64,000 nucleotides of DNA, from positions 20,457-84,456 of the forward strand of contig JABHSG010000003.1 of assembly GCA_018697095.1 (NCBI GenBank), in the 5' to 3' direction. A program made the position numbers and the translations under genes. How positions within the stretch are numbered: position 1 is the stretch's first letter; each line of letters opens with the position of its first letter. This stretch comes from an archaeon. Lineage in GTDB: Archaea > Nanobdellota > Nanobdellia > Woesearchaeales > GW2011-AR9. The notes under the pieces were generated by a model. That model searched no databases. It saw only the letters and a program-made list of their open reading frames with translations, and had not been told where the DNA came from. This document shows positions 55,153-64,000 of the stretch, one piece after another.

Positions 55153-55169
55153 ACAAATAATCATTGAAA

Positions 55170-55877
55170 ATGGAAACTCCAAATTTTAAATCTGCAATAC
55201 GTGACACTTCAAGTCTTCTTTGTGTCAAGCAAATCAATATTTGTCATTTTATTCAAACTGAAGATAAAAAATCCTTTCTTAAATTAAGTTTTGATCATCC
55301 CAATCAAATTGCCAAATTACATATAATTGGTACTGTTGTTGAAAAACAAAATCAAGGTTCAATTACAAATGTACTTTTAGATGACGGGACAGACACTATT
55401 TTACTTAGGTTTTTCGAAAAAAATAAAAAAATTGAAAGTGTGAAGATAGGGGATGTCTTGCGTTGTATCGGCAGAGCAAGAGAATACAATAAAGAGCGTT
55501 ACATCTTCCCTGACTGTATCCAAAAGGTTGATCCACTTTGGCTTAAATGGTTCCATAAAAAGATTAACCCTAGTCGTGTTTTTACAAATCAAATTAATTC
55601 TTCAAAAATTAATTCCTTAAAACAAGAAACTTCCTCCCAAAAAAAACAAAAAACTCCAGAACCTAAAGTTATTCCTCCTAGCAAAAAAATAGAACAAGGG
55701 ATTTCTTCTTTTGATCAATTATTAACTTTTATTAAAGATGAAGACCAAGGAGATGGTATTCTAATTGAACTTCTTTTACAAAAAACAAACATCCAAAACG
55801 CTCAAAAAATGATTGACAAAATGATTGAATCTGGAGATGTGTTTCAAAATGCTCCAGGTAAAATAAAAATTCTCTAA
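55170..55877 (+). CDS. OB-fold plus C-terminal winged-helix protein (RPA32/Stn1-like architecture)
   Basis: The OB-like segment is KLHIIGTVVEKQNQGSITNVLLDDGTDTILLRFF...VLRCIGRAREYNKERYI. The C-terminal wH-like segment is ILIELLLQKTNIQNAQKMIDKMIESGDVFQNAPGKIKIL. It lies immediately after mcm. Confidence 0.4.
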   Translation: METPNFKSAIRDTSSLLCVKQINICHFIQTEDKKSFLKLSFDHPNQIAKLHIIGTVVEKQNQGSITNVLLDDGTDTILLRFFEKNKKIESVKIGDVLRCIGRAREYNKERYIFPDCIQKVDPLWLKWFHKKINPSRVFTNQINSSKINSLKQETSSQKKQKTPEPKVIPPSKKIEQGISSFDQLLTFIKDEDQGDGILIELLLQKTNIQNAQKMIDKMIESGDVFQNAPGKIKIL

Positions 55878-55931
55878 ACATAAAATTCCTTAAGCTTCTT
55901 AAAAACAGTCATAATATTCAAAACTCTTGTT

Positions 55932-56837
55932 TTAATGTGCAATACTAAAAATTAATGGCGTCACATATACTTCAACAACTCCTGCAAAAAGTAGTAGTAT
56001 AAGACTAATAAGAACTAAGTCAAGTGCATCATACAAAACACTCTCTTCTTCAAGGTTATGTTTAATCACTGCAATAGAAATTATACTCCCTGCAATCCCT
56101 GCAACAAAATATGCTGCAATTTCAATAACTCCATGAAACATATATCTAAAAAAACTCACTGTCCCAATACCAAAATATTGCATGATTCCAACTGACCCAA
56201 ACTCAGTTGCCAAACTTGCTATTTGAGTTTTAAACAAATTTCCAACTGCTACAGCAACAACACTCGCATTCCATGTCAAAATAAATATTGCTCCAACACC
56301 AAATAAAAAACTAAAAATCAAACAAAAAAGTAATACTTTCAAATTATTCAAAAAAATACCACCAAATAATCCAAACTGTGTTAGGTTCCCTTGAACATTA
56401 TTTTGGACATCTACTATTGCGCTTGTTTGTACACTAAATAATTGTTCAACTATTCCAGAAGGGAGCAAAACATATGCTGCTGCAAGAGAGACCACTACTC
56501 CAAAAAAAAAATATAGTAAAAATAAAAGTACCTTTGCATGTTCGCGAAGTAATTTCCATTCACTATGAATTTTAAGATCAATTTCTTCTTCATTTTTTAT
56601 TGCATTGTAAATCAAAGGAATAGCACTCATCACAATAAAAAAAACCATCAAAAGGCTTGCATGCTCTCTAAAAGATATATATGCTAAAAACAAACTAATC
56701 AAAGAATAAACTACTCCTGCAATAAACATTTCCCATGGGTAACGTTTTACTGCAAAGGGATTAAATAAAGACTCTAAAACCATTAATTGAAAATAACCTT
56801 TTACATATTTATAAATGTGACGAAGTAGCCCTTGCAC
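55932..56837 (-). CDS. SpoIIM/DUF95-family integral membrane protein
   Basis: GIFLNNLKVLLFCLIFSFLFGVGAIFILTWNASVVAVAVG is the family-typical core. The protein has about 6 TM segments. Confidence 0.55.
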   Translation of the reverse strand: MQGLLRHIYKYVKGYFQLMVLESLFNPFAVKRYPWEMFIAGVVYSLISLFLAYISFREHASLLMVFFIVMSAIPLIYNAIKNEEEIDLKIHSEWKLLREHAKVLLFLLYFFFGVVVSLAAAYVLLPSGIVEQLFSVQTSAIVDVQNNVQGNLTQFGLFGGIFLNNLKVLLFCLIFSFLFGVGAIFILTWNASVVAVAVGNLFKTQIASLATEFGSVGIMQYFGIGTVSFFRYMFHGVIEIAAYFVAGIAGSIISIAVIKHNLEEESVLYDALDLVLISLILLLFAGVVEVYVTPLIFSIAH

Positions 56838-56944
56838 TTAATTAGTAAAACATAATAATAAACCTTGTAGGTTTATTCTTTAAACTATTCATTGTAACAG
56901 TTGTTTTTGTTTGCATTTTATTTCTAATTCAAAAAATATTTTTT

Positions 56945-57413
56945 CTCCCCTACCCCCCTATTTCCACTGCAAACTTGCGATATTGAAAATATCAAAAATC
57001 ACTCTTTTTGCTAGAAAAAGATCACGTTTAACTCAATTTCTTTTTTCACTAAAAAAATTAAAAGTTAACTGCTGTTTTCATCAAACATAACTGGTATTTC
57101 TCTTATTATTATTATTATTATTATTATTATTTACTATATAGATATAATAATATAATAGACTATAAAAAACAAAAACAAAAGAAAAAAAAAATAACAAAAA
57201 AAACAAAGAATTAAAAAAACAAAAACAAATCAATGATTCCTTAAACAACTAAACAAACACAAAAACAATCAATTATTCAATAAAACATAATTTTTCACAA
57301 ACAAACAAACAAAAAAATTCAACGCACATTTCCAAACGAAACCAAGGGGGAGGGGAGAAGCAAAAAAATTACCAAAAGAGTATCAACGAACATAGCTCAT
57401 TTCGCATGGAAAA
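56945..57413. other. replication origin (oriC): inverted ORBs flanking an AT-rich unwinding region, adjacent to orc1/cdc6
   Basis: ORB1 (56945-56974) reads GTTTGCAGTGGAAATAGGGGGGTAGGGGAG on the minus strand. ORB2 (57328-57357) reads ATTTCCAAACGAAACCAAGGGGGAGGGGAG on the plus strand. A mini-ORB-like ttcgcatggaaaa lies at 57401-57413. About 350 bp of A/T-rich DNA separates the two ORBs. Confidence 0.8.
57103..57131. repeat. (TTA)n microsatellite, ~9.7 units, inside the origin AT-rich region
   Basis: ttattattattattattattattattatt was read directly from the sequence. Confidence 0.95.
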
Positions 57414-57493
57414 CAATAAAAACCCCAACATACAAAAATCCTTTAAGTAATTATTAAATTAAAATCAAAACAACTCAAAAACAAGGTAAACAA

Positions 57494-58693
57494 ATGGACA
57501 TGAACAATTTTTTTGAAAACTACTTAGAGCGTGATAGTCTTTTTATTAACAAATCACTACTCCTTTCTTCATATCTCCCAGAAGAAGTACTTTTTCGTGG
57601 AGACTTGATCCAAGAGATTGCAAATATTTTAGCGCCTGCACTTCGTGTAGAAAAACCATCGAACCTTTTTGTTTACGGTAAAACAGGAACTGGAAAAACA
57701 CTATCTCTAAAATACATATTAAAGTCTATGAGTGAAATTGCAAAAAAACGTGACATCCCAATTAAACCAGTATACATTAACTGTAAGCTTAAACGTGTAG
57801 CAGACACAGAATACCGATTAATAGCTCAAATCATTAAAGAGTTTGGAAAAACTGATGTTCCAGCAACTGGTCTTCCAACAGACGAAATTTATAATATATT
57901 TTATTCTCTTGTTGACACAAAAAAACAAGTTGTTCTTTTAGTACTTGATGAGATAGATCAGCTCACAAAAAAAATGGGTGATGGAATACTTTACAACCTT
58001 ACTAGAATTAATAGTGAACTTAAAAACGCACAAATTGCATTAATTGGTATCTCCAATAATTTAGTATTCGCAGAAAACCTTGACCCTAGGGTCCAATCCT
58101 CGCTCTCTGAAGAAGAATTAATCTTTCCACCATACAATGCAGTACAAATCCAAGACATCCTCAGAAAGCGCGCACAAGGAGCATTCAGGCCTGATGCAAT
58201 AGAACCAGGGGTAATTGAAAAATGTTCAGCTTACGCCGCACGCGAACATGGGGATGCACGTAGGGCAATAGATCTTCTTCGCGTAGCTGGAGAACTTGCA
58301 GATAGAGAAAACTCCAGTAAAATAACAATCCCTCATCTTGATGACGCTGAAGACAAAATAGAATCAGACAAAATTGTAGGAACAGTAACTAGTCAACCTA
58401 AACAACATCAGATGGTTCTTTACGCGATACTTCTACTAACACCCAGCAAACGCCCATTTTTCACAGGGGAAATTTATGATGTTTATGCAAAAGTGTGTAA
58501 AAAAGCACATTATAACGTTTTAACTCAACGTAGAATTTCTGATATCTTAGCAGAGTTTGATATGCTTGGTATAATCAATGCAAAAATTATTAGTAAAGGC
58601 CGTTATGGGAGAACAAGAGAAGTATCGCTTTCTCTTGATGATGATATGAAACGTAAAATCAAAGAGATAATAGAAAAATCTCTTCAAATCTGA
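57494..58693 (+). CDS. cdc6: Orc1/Cdc6 replication initiator
   Basis: Walker A is GKTGTGKT and Walker B is LVLDEID. Sensor motifs and a C-terminal winged helix (RRISDILAEFDMLGII) are present. Confidence 0.95.
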   Translation: MDMNNFFENYLERDSLFINKSLLLSSYLPEEVLFRGDLIQEIANILAPALRVEKPSNLFVYGKTGTGKTLSLKYILKSMSEIAKKRDIPIKPVYINCKLKRVADTEYRLIAQIIKEFGKTDVPATGLPTDEIYNIFYSLVDTKKQVVLLVLDEIDQLTKKMGDGILYNLTRINSELKNAQIALIGISNNLVFAENLDPRVQSSLSEEELIFPPYNAVQIQDILRKRAQGAFRPDAIEPGVIEKCSAYAAREHGDARRAIDLLRVAGELADRENSSKITIPHLDDAEDKIESDKIVGTVTSQPKQHQMVLYAILLLTPSKRPFFTGEIYDVYAKVCKKAHYNVLTQRRISDILAEFDMLGIINAKIISKGRYGRTREVSLSLDDDMKRKIKEIIEKSLQI

Positions 58694-58733
58694 TTTTTTT
58701 AAAATTTGTACTCTACCCACATTAAATTTCACA

Positions 58734-60551
58734 ATGCAAGCAAAAGAAAAGATAATCAAATCTTTAGTAGATCACGGCATCTTGCCTAGTTCTGACGTTC
58801 TTGAAAACATTGAGTCAAGGTTAAACGCAGGTGAAGATCCAGAGTCTTTAGAACAAAAACTTCTAGCATCTCTTTCATCAGAAAATTCCACTAGTTCCAA
58901 TCCAAAAATTTCTTTAGAGCAAAACCATTTGGATTCTTCCTTACAGCAAACTAGTATGGCCATAGTTCCCACAAAAAAGATTTCTCCCGAGCAAGAGTTA
59001 GCAACCAAAACTAAACAAGAGCAAGATCTCTATAACGCCCATCTTTCTTCTGGAACAACTACTACAACAACTAATCCCTTAAGTTCAGAAAATAAGCAAC
59101 AAAAAGAAAATCAAGAAAGTAATCAAGAAAATAAAGTAAATAATAAAGCGCTTCTTGCAGTGAAAAAACAACAAGAAGCCCACGAAGTTTCTTTTGAAAC
59201 AACAACTGATACAAATACTAAAGAATCAGAAATTTTTGAAAAAAGCAAACCAATTTCATTAGACGACATTCCTGATATTGAAGACGAACCACAAATAACA
59301 TACGAAGTAGCTGTTAATCATGAACACGTCCCTCACAAATATAAAGTTCAAGATTTTACCAACTTCTTCAGATCCCGCCTTAAATTTTTAGAAAAAATAA
59401 TCCGGCAACACCCAGAGATGAAATCAGTCACCTCTATCTCTCGTGTACTTCAAAAAAAAGAAAAAGAAGACACTTCAATTATTGGAGTAGTATTTGATGT
59501 TGCAACTACCAAAAATGGAAATATAATTCTTACTTTAGAAGACTTAACTGGTCAGATGAAAGTAATTATCACAAAAAACAATAAAGACGCCTTTGAAGCC
59601 GCTAGTGAACTAATTTTTGATGAAGTAATCGGGGTTAGAGGTATGAATTCAGGTGACGTAATATTTGCAAATGACATTGTTTGGCCAGACATCCCAAGTG
59701 GGAAACAAATAAAGAAATCACCAGTTGAAGAACACGCAATTTTTCTAAGTGATATCCATGTAGGGTCAACATATTTTTTAGAAAAAGATTTCCAAAAATT
59801 CATAGATTGGATTTGCGCAAAAACAGGTTCAGACCAGCAAAAAGAAACCGCTAAAAAAGTAAAATACATTTTCATCGCAGGCGATTTAATTGATGGGATT
59901 GGAATTTACCCAAACCAAGATAAAGAATTAACTCATAAAACAATGGAAGGCCAGTATGCAGAATTTGCAAGATTCATTAAACAAATTCCAACTGACAAAC
60001 AAATTTTCATATGCCCAGGAAACCACGACGTTGTGCATTTAGCTGAACCTCAATCAAGTTTTTACAAAGAATACACTAAAGAATTACATGAGATGCCAAA
60101 CGTAACTTTACTATCGAACCCAAGTGTTGTCACAATAGCAAAAACAGATTCATTTTCTGGAATTGATGTTTTAATGTATCATGGATACTCTTTTGATTTT
60201 TATGTAGCTAATGTTGACCAGATTAGAAACAATGGAGGATACCATAGAGCAGATTTGATCATGAAATTTTTACTCAAGCGCAGGCATTTAGCACCATCTT
60301 TCAAATCAACACCGTACTTACCTTCTTTCAAAGAAGACCCACTATTAATCAGAAAAGTTCCAGACATTATGATCTCTGGACACATCCACTATAGCAGCGT
60401 AGCACATTACAAAGGAGTAACTATGATCTGTGGATCATGCTGGCAAGCAAAAACAGATTTCCAAGAAAAGTTAGGGCACACCCCAGAGCCTGGCCGAGTC
60501 CCAATAGTGAATCTAAAAACACGAGAAGTAAAAGTTCTAAGATTCGTGTAG
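58734..60551 (+). CDS. dp1: DNA polymerase II (PolD) small subunit DP1
   Basis: Calcineurin-like phosphoesterase motifs are FLSDIHVGS, IAGDLIDGIG, PGNHD and SGHIH. An OB region precedes them, and there is a long low-complexity N-terminal linker. Confidence 0.9.
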   Translation: MQAKEKIIKSLVDHGILPSSDVLENIESRLNAGEDPESLEQKLLASLSSENSTSSNPKISLEQNHLDSSLQQTSMAIVPTKKISPEQELATKTKQEQDLYNAHLSSGTTTTTTNPLSSENKQQKENQESNQENKVNNKALLAVKKQQEAHEVSFETTTDTNTKESEIFEKSKPISLDDIPDIEDEPQITYEVAVNHEHVPHKYKVQDFTNFFRSRLKFLEKIIRQHPEMKSVTSISRVLQKKEKEDTSIIGVVFDVATTKNGNIILTLEDLTGQMKVIITKNNKDAFEAASELIFDEVIGVRGMNSGDVIFANDIVWPDIPSGKQIKKSPVEEHAIFLSDIHVGSTYFLEKDFQKFIDWICAKTGSDQQKETAKKVKYIFIAGDLIDGIGIYPNQDKELTHKTMEGQYAEFARFIKQIPTDKQIFICPGNHDVVHLAEPQSSFYKEYTKELHEMPNVTLLSNPSVVTIAKTDSFSGIDVLMYHGYSFDFYVANVDQIRNNGGYHRADLIMKFLLKRRHLAPSFKSTPYLPSFKEDPLLIRKVPDIMISGHIHYSSVAHYKGVTMICGSCWQAKTDFQEKLGHTPEPGRVPIVNLKTREVKVLRFV

Positions 60552-60596
60552 AACAAAAAACAAGAATTTAATAAATCTTAAACACATTCTACTCTT

Positions 60597-61742
60597 ATGG
60601 GTAATCTTAAAGATACTTTAGCAGCAGTAAGAGCTTCAAGAAGAGTTCTTAATCGCATAAAAAATCAAGGAATAGCCACAAAACGCACAGAATATCTAAC
60701 AGAACTAGAAAACACAAAAAATTTACTTCTCTTCATCCAAGCAAACATAAAAAAATTCCCACACACACAACACGCAGTATTAGGAACAATTTCACAAATA
60801 GAAGACGAACAAAAAAACAATTCTGGAATGGTCAGAAGAATGTTTATAGGAAGAAAAGCAACACAAATTATTGCGAATCTAGATCTAATCATAAATCAAA
60901 TGCGCCATAATGCCGAGCATTTTGAAAAACAAAGAAGAGCACACATAATTAGAACCATGGAACTAAATGGTGTTTCTACAAAAGAGGCATTTGGGCAAAT
61001 CATTGCCATTTTAAGTCAAACAAAAACCCAGCTGTTCAATTGGATAATTCAAGAGAATGCAATGGCAGTATGCTCTGGCCCCATATATCCTAAAGAGATA
61101 GAAGATAAAGGAGATCCGATCGTAAGAAAATCAAAAAAAGGTTCAAGCGGGCTTGGTGAAATGGACTTTTTCGTTCCTTCCCTTCATAGAGCCCATGCCA
61201 GATTTATAAGGTCAGTTTACAAAGGAGCAATCCCTACCCTCACACCTAGCCATGTAATAACTACAAGGTTCCAACAAAAAAATAAGTTATCTGTTTATGC
61301 ATCAAAAAGAAAACCAATTAGAATTGAAATAAAAACAGTGAGAAGAATAGTTGGCATATATGTTCATTTATACAAGAATACTCCTAAGTTTACCTTAGAC
61401 ACTAGAGCTTCACCAAGGGCAGTATGGATTGGAGTTTGCCCAGAGGACATGTGGGAAGCAACACTTCACCAAAAAAAAATAAATGTGAGGGGTCACACAC
61501 CTGCCTTCCAATTAGCGGCAATGCTTCTCCAAATAGATTTTGATCCATTTTGGCTAATCAAATTTCTTCGAGAGTTTCATTTTGATATGGGCCAGGCAGC
61601 AACAAGAAAAAGTAAGATCAACCCTAAAGTACACAACCCTAATATTTTCACAGCATGGGTTGATTCAATGGTAGAACAAGGCAACATAGGTAATGTTAAC
61701 AAAAAAAGTATAGATGAAGAAGTCGCAAAACTATTTCACTAA
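60597..61742 (+). CDS. hypothetical basic protein (381 aa)
   Basis: Long ORF, K/R-rich, with no motif recognised. Confidence 0.45.
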   Translation: MGNLKDTLAAVRASRRVLNRIKNQGIATKRTEYLTELENTKNLLLFIQANIKKFPHTQHAVLGTISQIEDEQKNNSGMVRRMFIGRKATQIIANLDLIINQMRHNAEHFEKQRRAHIIRTMELNGVSTKEAFGQIIAILSQTKTQLFNWIIQENAMAVCSGPIYPKEIEDKGDPIVRKSKKGSSGLGEMDFFVPSLHRAHARFIRSVYKGAIPTLTPSHVITTRFQQKNKLSVYASKRKPIRIEIKTVRRIVGIYVHLYKNTPKFTLDTRASPRAVWIGVCPEDMWEATLHQKKINVRGHTPAFQLAAMLLQIDFDPFWLIKFLREFHFDMGQAATRKSKINPKVHNPNIFTAWVDSMVEQGNIGNVNKKSIDEEVAKLFH

Positions 61743-61811
61743 AAACAAAAAATCACAACAAAGTTAAACCACAAGGCTTCAAACAAAATAACAAGTAAAA
61801 TAACAAACAAA

Positions 61812-62378
61812 ATGGGATTCATAGGACGCATTTGGGAAGGTTTTTTCACAAGAGGGCAAGAAGGGCCAAAGATTTTTGACCACCAAAGAACAATTGAAAG
61901 AGGAGTAGAGCAAGCTAGTTTAGCAAAACTAAAAAAAGAAGGTGACAAATTCATTGCCGAAATAAGTTTGCAAGATAAAAGAATTAAAGAAGAAACAGTT
62001 TTCAGAAAACAAGAAAAATTAAGAGTAGGATTTTGCTTTTTGTGGTCAAAAAGAGCAAGCAGAATATTCAATATTGCAAGTTCTACAGACAAAAATTTAG
62101 ATTATTTTTATTCTAGTGAGAGTAAGTCACTTTCAGCTTTCGCAACAAGAGGAGTTATACGCTTTGTAAAACCTTTACCAAATACACATTACCTCAAAAG
62201 ATATTTGACTGAAGAAACAACGGTACTTCGAGCTAGAAGTAATGAGCTTCAAGCCTCAAAAAAAAGGACTGCTGATGCATTTACAGGAAGAAGATACGAC
62301 CCAAAGAAAATAGCTGAGATAAAAAAGATATTCAAACAATTATCTCCTGCACTAAAAGACGCCAGAAAAAGAGCATAA
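61812..62378 (+). CDS. hypothetical basic helical protein (188 aa)
   Basis: MGFIGRIWEGFF... begins with an amphipathic helix followed by charged helical stretches. The family was not recognised. Confidence 0.4.
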   Translation: MGFIGRIWEGFFTRGQEGPKIFDHQRTIERGVEQASLAKLKKEGDKFIAEISLQDKRIKEETVFRKQEKLRVGFCFLWSKRASRIFNIASSTDKNLDYFYSSESKSLSAFATRGVIRFVKPLPNTHYLKRYLTEETTVLRARSNELQASKKRTADAFTGRRYDPKKIAEIKKIFKQLSPALKDARKRA

Positions 62379-62429
62379 TAAAAAATTAAAAACAAAGGAT
62401 TTAGTTTATCATAAACAGTAAATAATCAA

Positions 62430-63164
62430 TTATTCAATTCTAGTCCCTTCAAAATCTTTGCCAGAAATTAATTTACCAAGTTCTTCAAGTTTTCTGCCGC
62501 CAATCATTGCAACGCCAATTCCCAAGTCACGAGCTTCACGTGCAGCAATCGGATCAAATGGACTATTCAAACCAGGTTTCCAATCTTTTGGCAAAATATC
62601 AATAAAGTCGTCCCAAGAAATATTTTCAATTTTTTTGGCATCAGAAAATTCAGATGGATCTTTATCATAAACATAATCAATATTACTTAAGTTCACTATA
62701 TGTTTAGCGCCAATATTTTTTGCAATAAGTACGGCATCAGTGTCAGTACTATGGCCTGGTGCATATCCAGCCCCTACAATAATTGAAGCCTTGCTTGTAA
62801 TTGGAAGTGAAGGATTAAAGTCAGTAATTAATTCAGCAGCGCCCCCAAACATATGACAAACTAATTGAGCATTCACTCGTGTAACCCAAAGCCCAAGCCA
62901 ATCAACTCCTTCAGAATTAACTTCTGGATATACATCACGTAAACCTTTTTGGTACCTACGACAAGAATTTCCCCCACCAGTAATAATTACAAATCTTTTG
63001 CCTTTCTCAACATACTCCAAAATAAATGCCTTAAATTTTTTCAAAAATTCAACATCAACAATCCCTTTCGTGTCTTTAAAATTAGATTTGTCAGGATCAG
63101 GTGCAATAATAGAACCACCAAGCGATAATACAAAAGTCTCAGAATCAACCATATCTTCCATCAA
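62430..63164 (-). CDS. pyrH: UMP kinase, archaeal type (amino-acid kinase fold)
   Basis: Recognised motifs are LSLGGSII, VIITGGGNSCRRY, GYAPGHSTDTDAVLIA and NIDYVYDKDP. Length is ~240 aa. Confidence 0.8.
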   Translation of the reverse strand: MMEDMVDSETFVLSLGGSIIAPDPDKSNFKDTKGIVDVEFLKKFKAFILEYVEKGKRFVIITGGGNSCRRYQKGLRDVYPEVNSEGVDWLGLWVTRVNAQLVCHMFGGAAELITDFNPSLPITSKASIIVGAGYAPGHSTDTDAVLIAKNIGAKHIVNLSNIDYVYDKDPSEFSDAKKIENISWDDFIDILPKDWKPGLNSPFDPIAAREARDLGIGVAMIGGRKLEELGKLISGKDFEGTRIE

Positions 63165-63256
63165 AAATAACTATCTTAATTATCTATTAATAAGCTTTAT
63201 GTAAACAAATACAACTAAAAGAAAAATTTATTAACTAAAACAAATTATTATCAAAC

Positions 63257-63838
63257 ATGGTTACAGGTATACCGTCAGTTAGCAGTGGAAAAACAAATCG
63301 CCTTAAAAAAAGAATTATAGCAAGCAGAGTATCTATCGCAAAATTAACAAAAACTTTACATACAACCGCGACAGGAAGAAAAAGAGGATATGAACCAATA
63401 TTTTTTGAAAAATTAGAATTAAAAGAATCTGCAATTTTAAGCACCATAGACCATATTTCAGATAAATTTTTAGGATTATTAGAAGCACAATTAAATGGGA
63501 ACAGAAGAAGAGAAAAATCACTTGCAAAAAACATAATTAAATATTCAAAAAGATTAAGAAGGTTAGTTCTTGAAACAACAATGCTTCGGCCAGAAGGAAG
63601 TTATAGTGAAGTTATGGTCTCAAAATTATTATTTGAAATAACTGGTAAAATAAATTTAAAAATCAATGGGTTATATGCGTTTATTCACGCAATTATGACA
63701 GACAAAAAAGACGAAGACATGATAATTGAAATTGATGGGGAATTAGTTAAAATATTTGAATCTTTAATTTATGATGAAAAAAGAGTAATCATTGGAGTAG
63801 AGGCAGCAGAGGTCCAATTGTTAAGTGCAGCAAAGTAA
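63257..63838 (+). CDS. hypothetical basic protein (193 aa)
   Basis: Long ORF with no motif recognised. Confidence 0.4.
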   Translation: MVTGIPSVSSGKTNRLKKRIIASRVSIAKLTKTLHTTATGRKRGYEPIFFEKLELKESAILSTIDHISDKFLGLLEAQLNGNRRREKSLAKNIIKYSKRLRRLVLETTMLRPEGSYSEVMVSKLLFEITGKINLKINGLYAFIHAIMTDKKDEDMIIEIDGELVKIFESLIYDEKRVIIGVEAAEVQLLSAAK

Positions 63839-63945
63839 AAGACAACAAAAAACACTCCTGCAAAACAACTATTCAGTTACCCTAATCCAGACCCACTGGC
63901 CACTTGCCATAAAGGCTTTTAAAGAGCCAAACTCACAACAATTCT

Positions 63946-64000
63946 ATGGCGCCAGTTGCATCCCCAAGAGTCCAAAAATACTTCGATGATCTAAAAAAAG
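63946..64000 (+). CDS. 5' fragment of an unidentified CDS running off the window
   Basis: The ATG at 63946 (MAPVASPRVQKYFDDLKK...) is preceded by a TATA-like cTTTTAAAGa ~22 nt upstream. Confidence 0.3.
   Translation, partial: MAPVASPRVQKYFDDLKK

Noticed and set aside
56857-56877. Hairpin aataaacc-ttgta-ggtttatt and small palindromes (gatattgaaaatatc at 56979-56993) near the origin as specific elements
   Set aside because: They are AT-rich 6-8-bp stems in an AT-rich region, so they are not distinguishable from background by eye. They are folded into the general origin description.
57103-57330. CRISPR array or other spaced repeats in the repeat-rich 57.1-57.3 kb region and at 6318-6357
   Set aside because: These are only microsatellite or low-complexity A-rich tandems. 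There are no 25-40-nt direct repeats separated by unique spacers, and no cas genes in the window.

Overview
AT-rich archaeal chromosome segment, judged by eye only; no GC value or database search was computed. It carries archaeal information-processing genes: aIF5A, L40e, RNase P proteins Rpp21 and Rpp30, RadA, RPA, TBP, MCM, Orc1/Cdc6 and the PolD small subunit. PolD argues against Crenarchaeota. Lys-rich compact cytoplasmic proteins alongside giant surface proteins suggest a DPANN-like or other small-genome archaeon (inference). There are three main blocks. (1) 1-11.2 kb holds housekeeping genes, including radA translationally coupled to a possible PC4-like ssDNA binder. (2) 11.3-40.3 kb is a ~29 kb, almost entirely minus-strand cell-surface locus. 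It encodes 16 proteins with class III (type IV prepilin-like) [KR][GA]/Q N-termini, two of them only 42-48 aa. It also encodes three very large acidic Cys-rich adhesin-like proteins (2167, 1823 and 810 aa), a 'mini' paralogue of the largest one, and lipoproteins. No assembly ATPase, membrane platform or prepilin peptidase is present in the window. This locus is the best candidate for an undescribed system, possibly a host- or surface-attachment fibre with giant adhesins. (3) 48.8-60.6 kb holds a SAMP-TtuA/NcsA-E1 sulfur-carrier operon and a replication island: MCM, an OB+wH protein, oriC with inverted G-string ORB elements and a (TTA)n tract, orc1/cdc6 and PolD-small. No rRNA, confident tRNA, CRISPR array, transposase or integrase was recognised.
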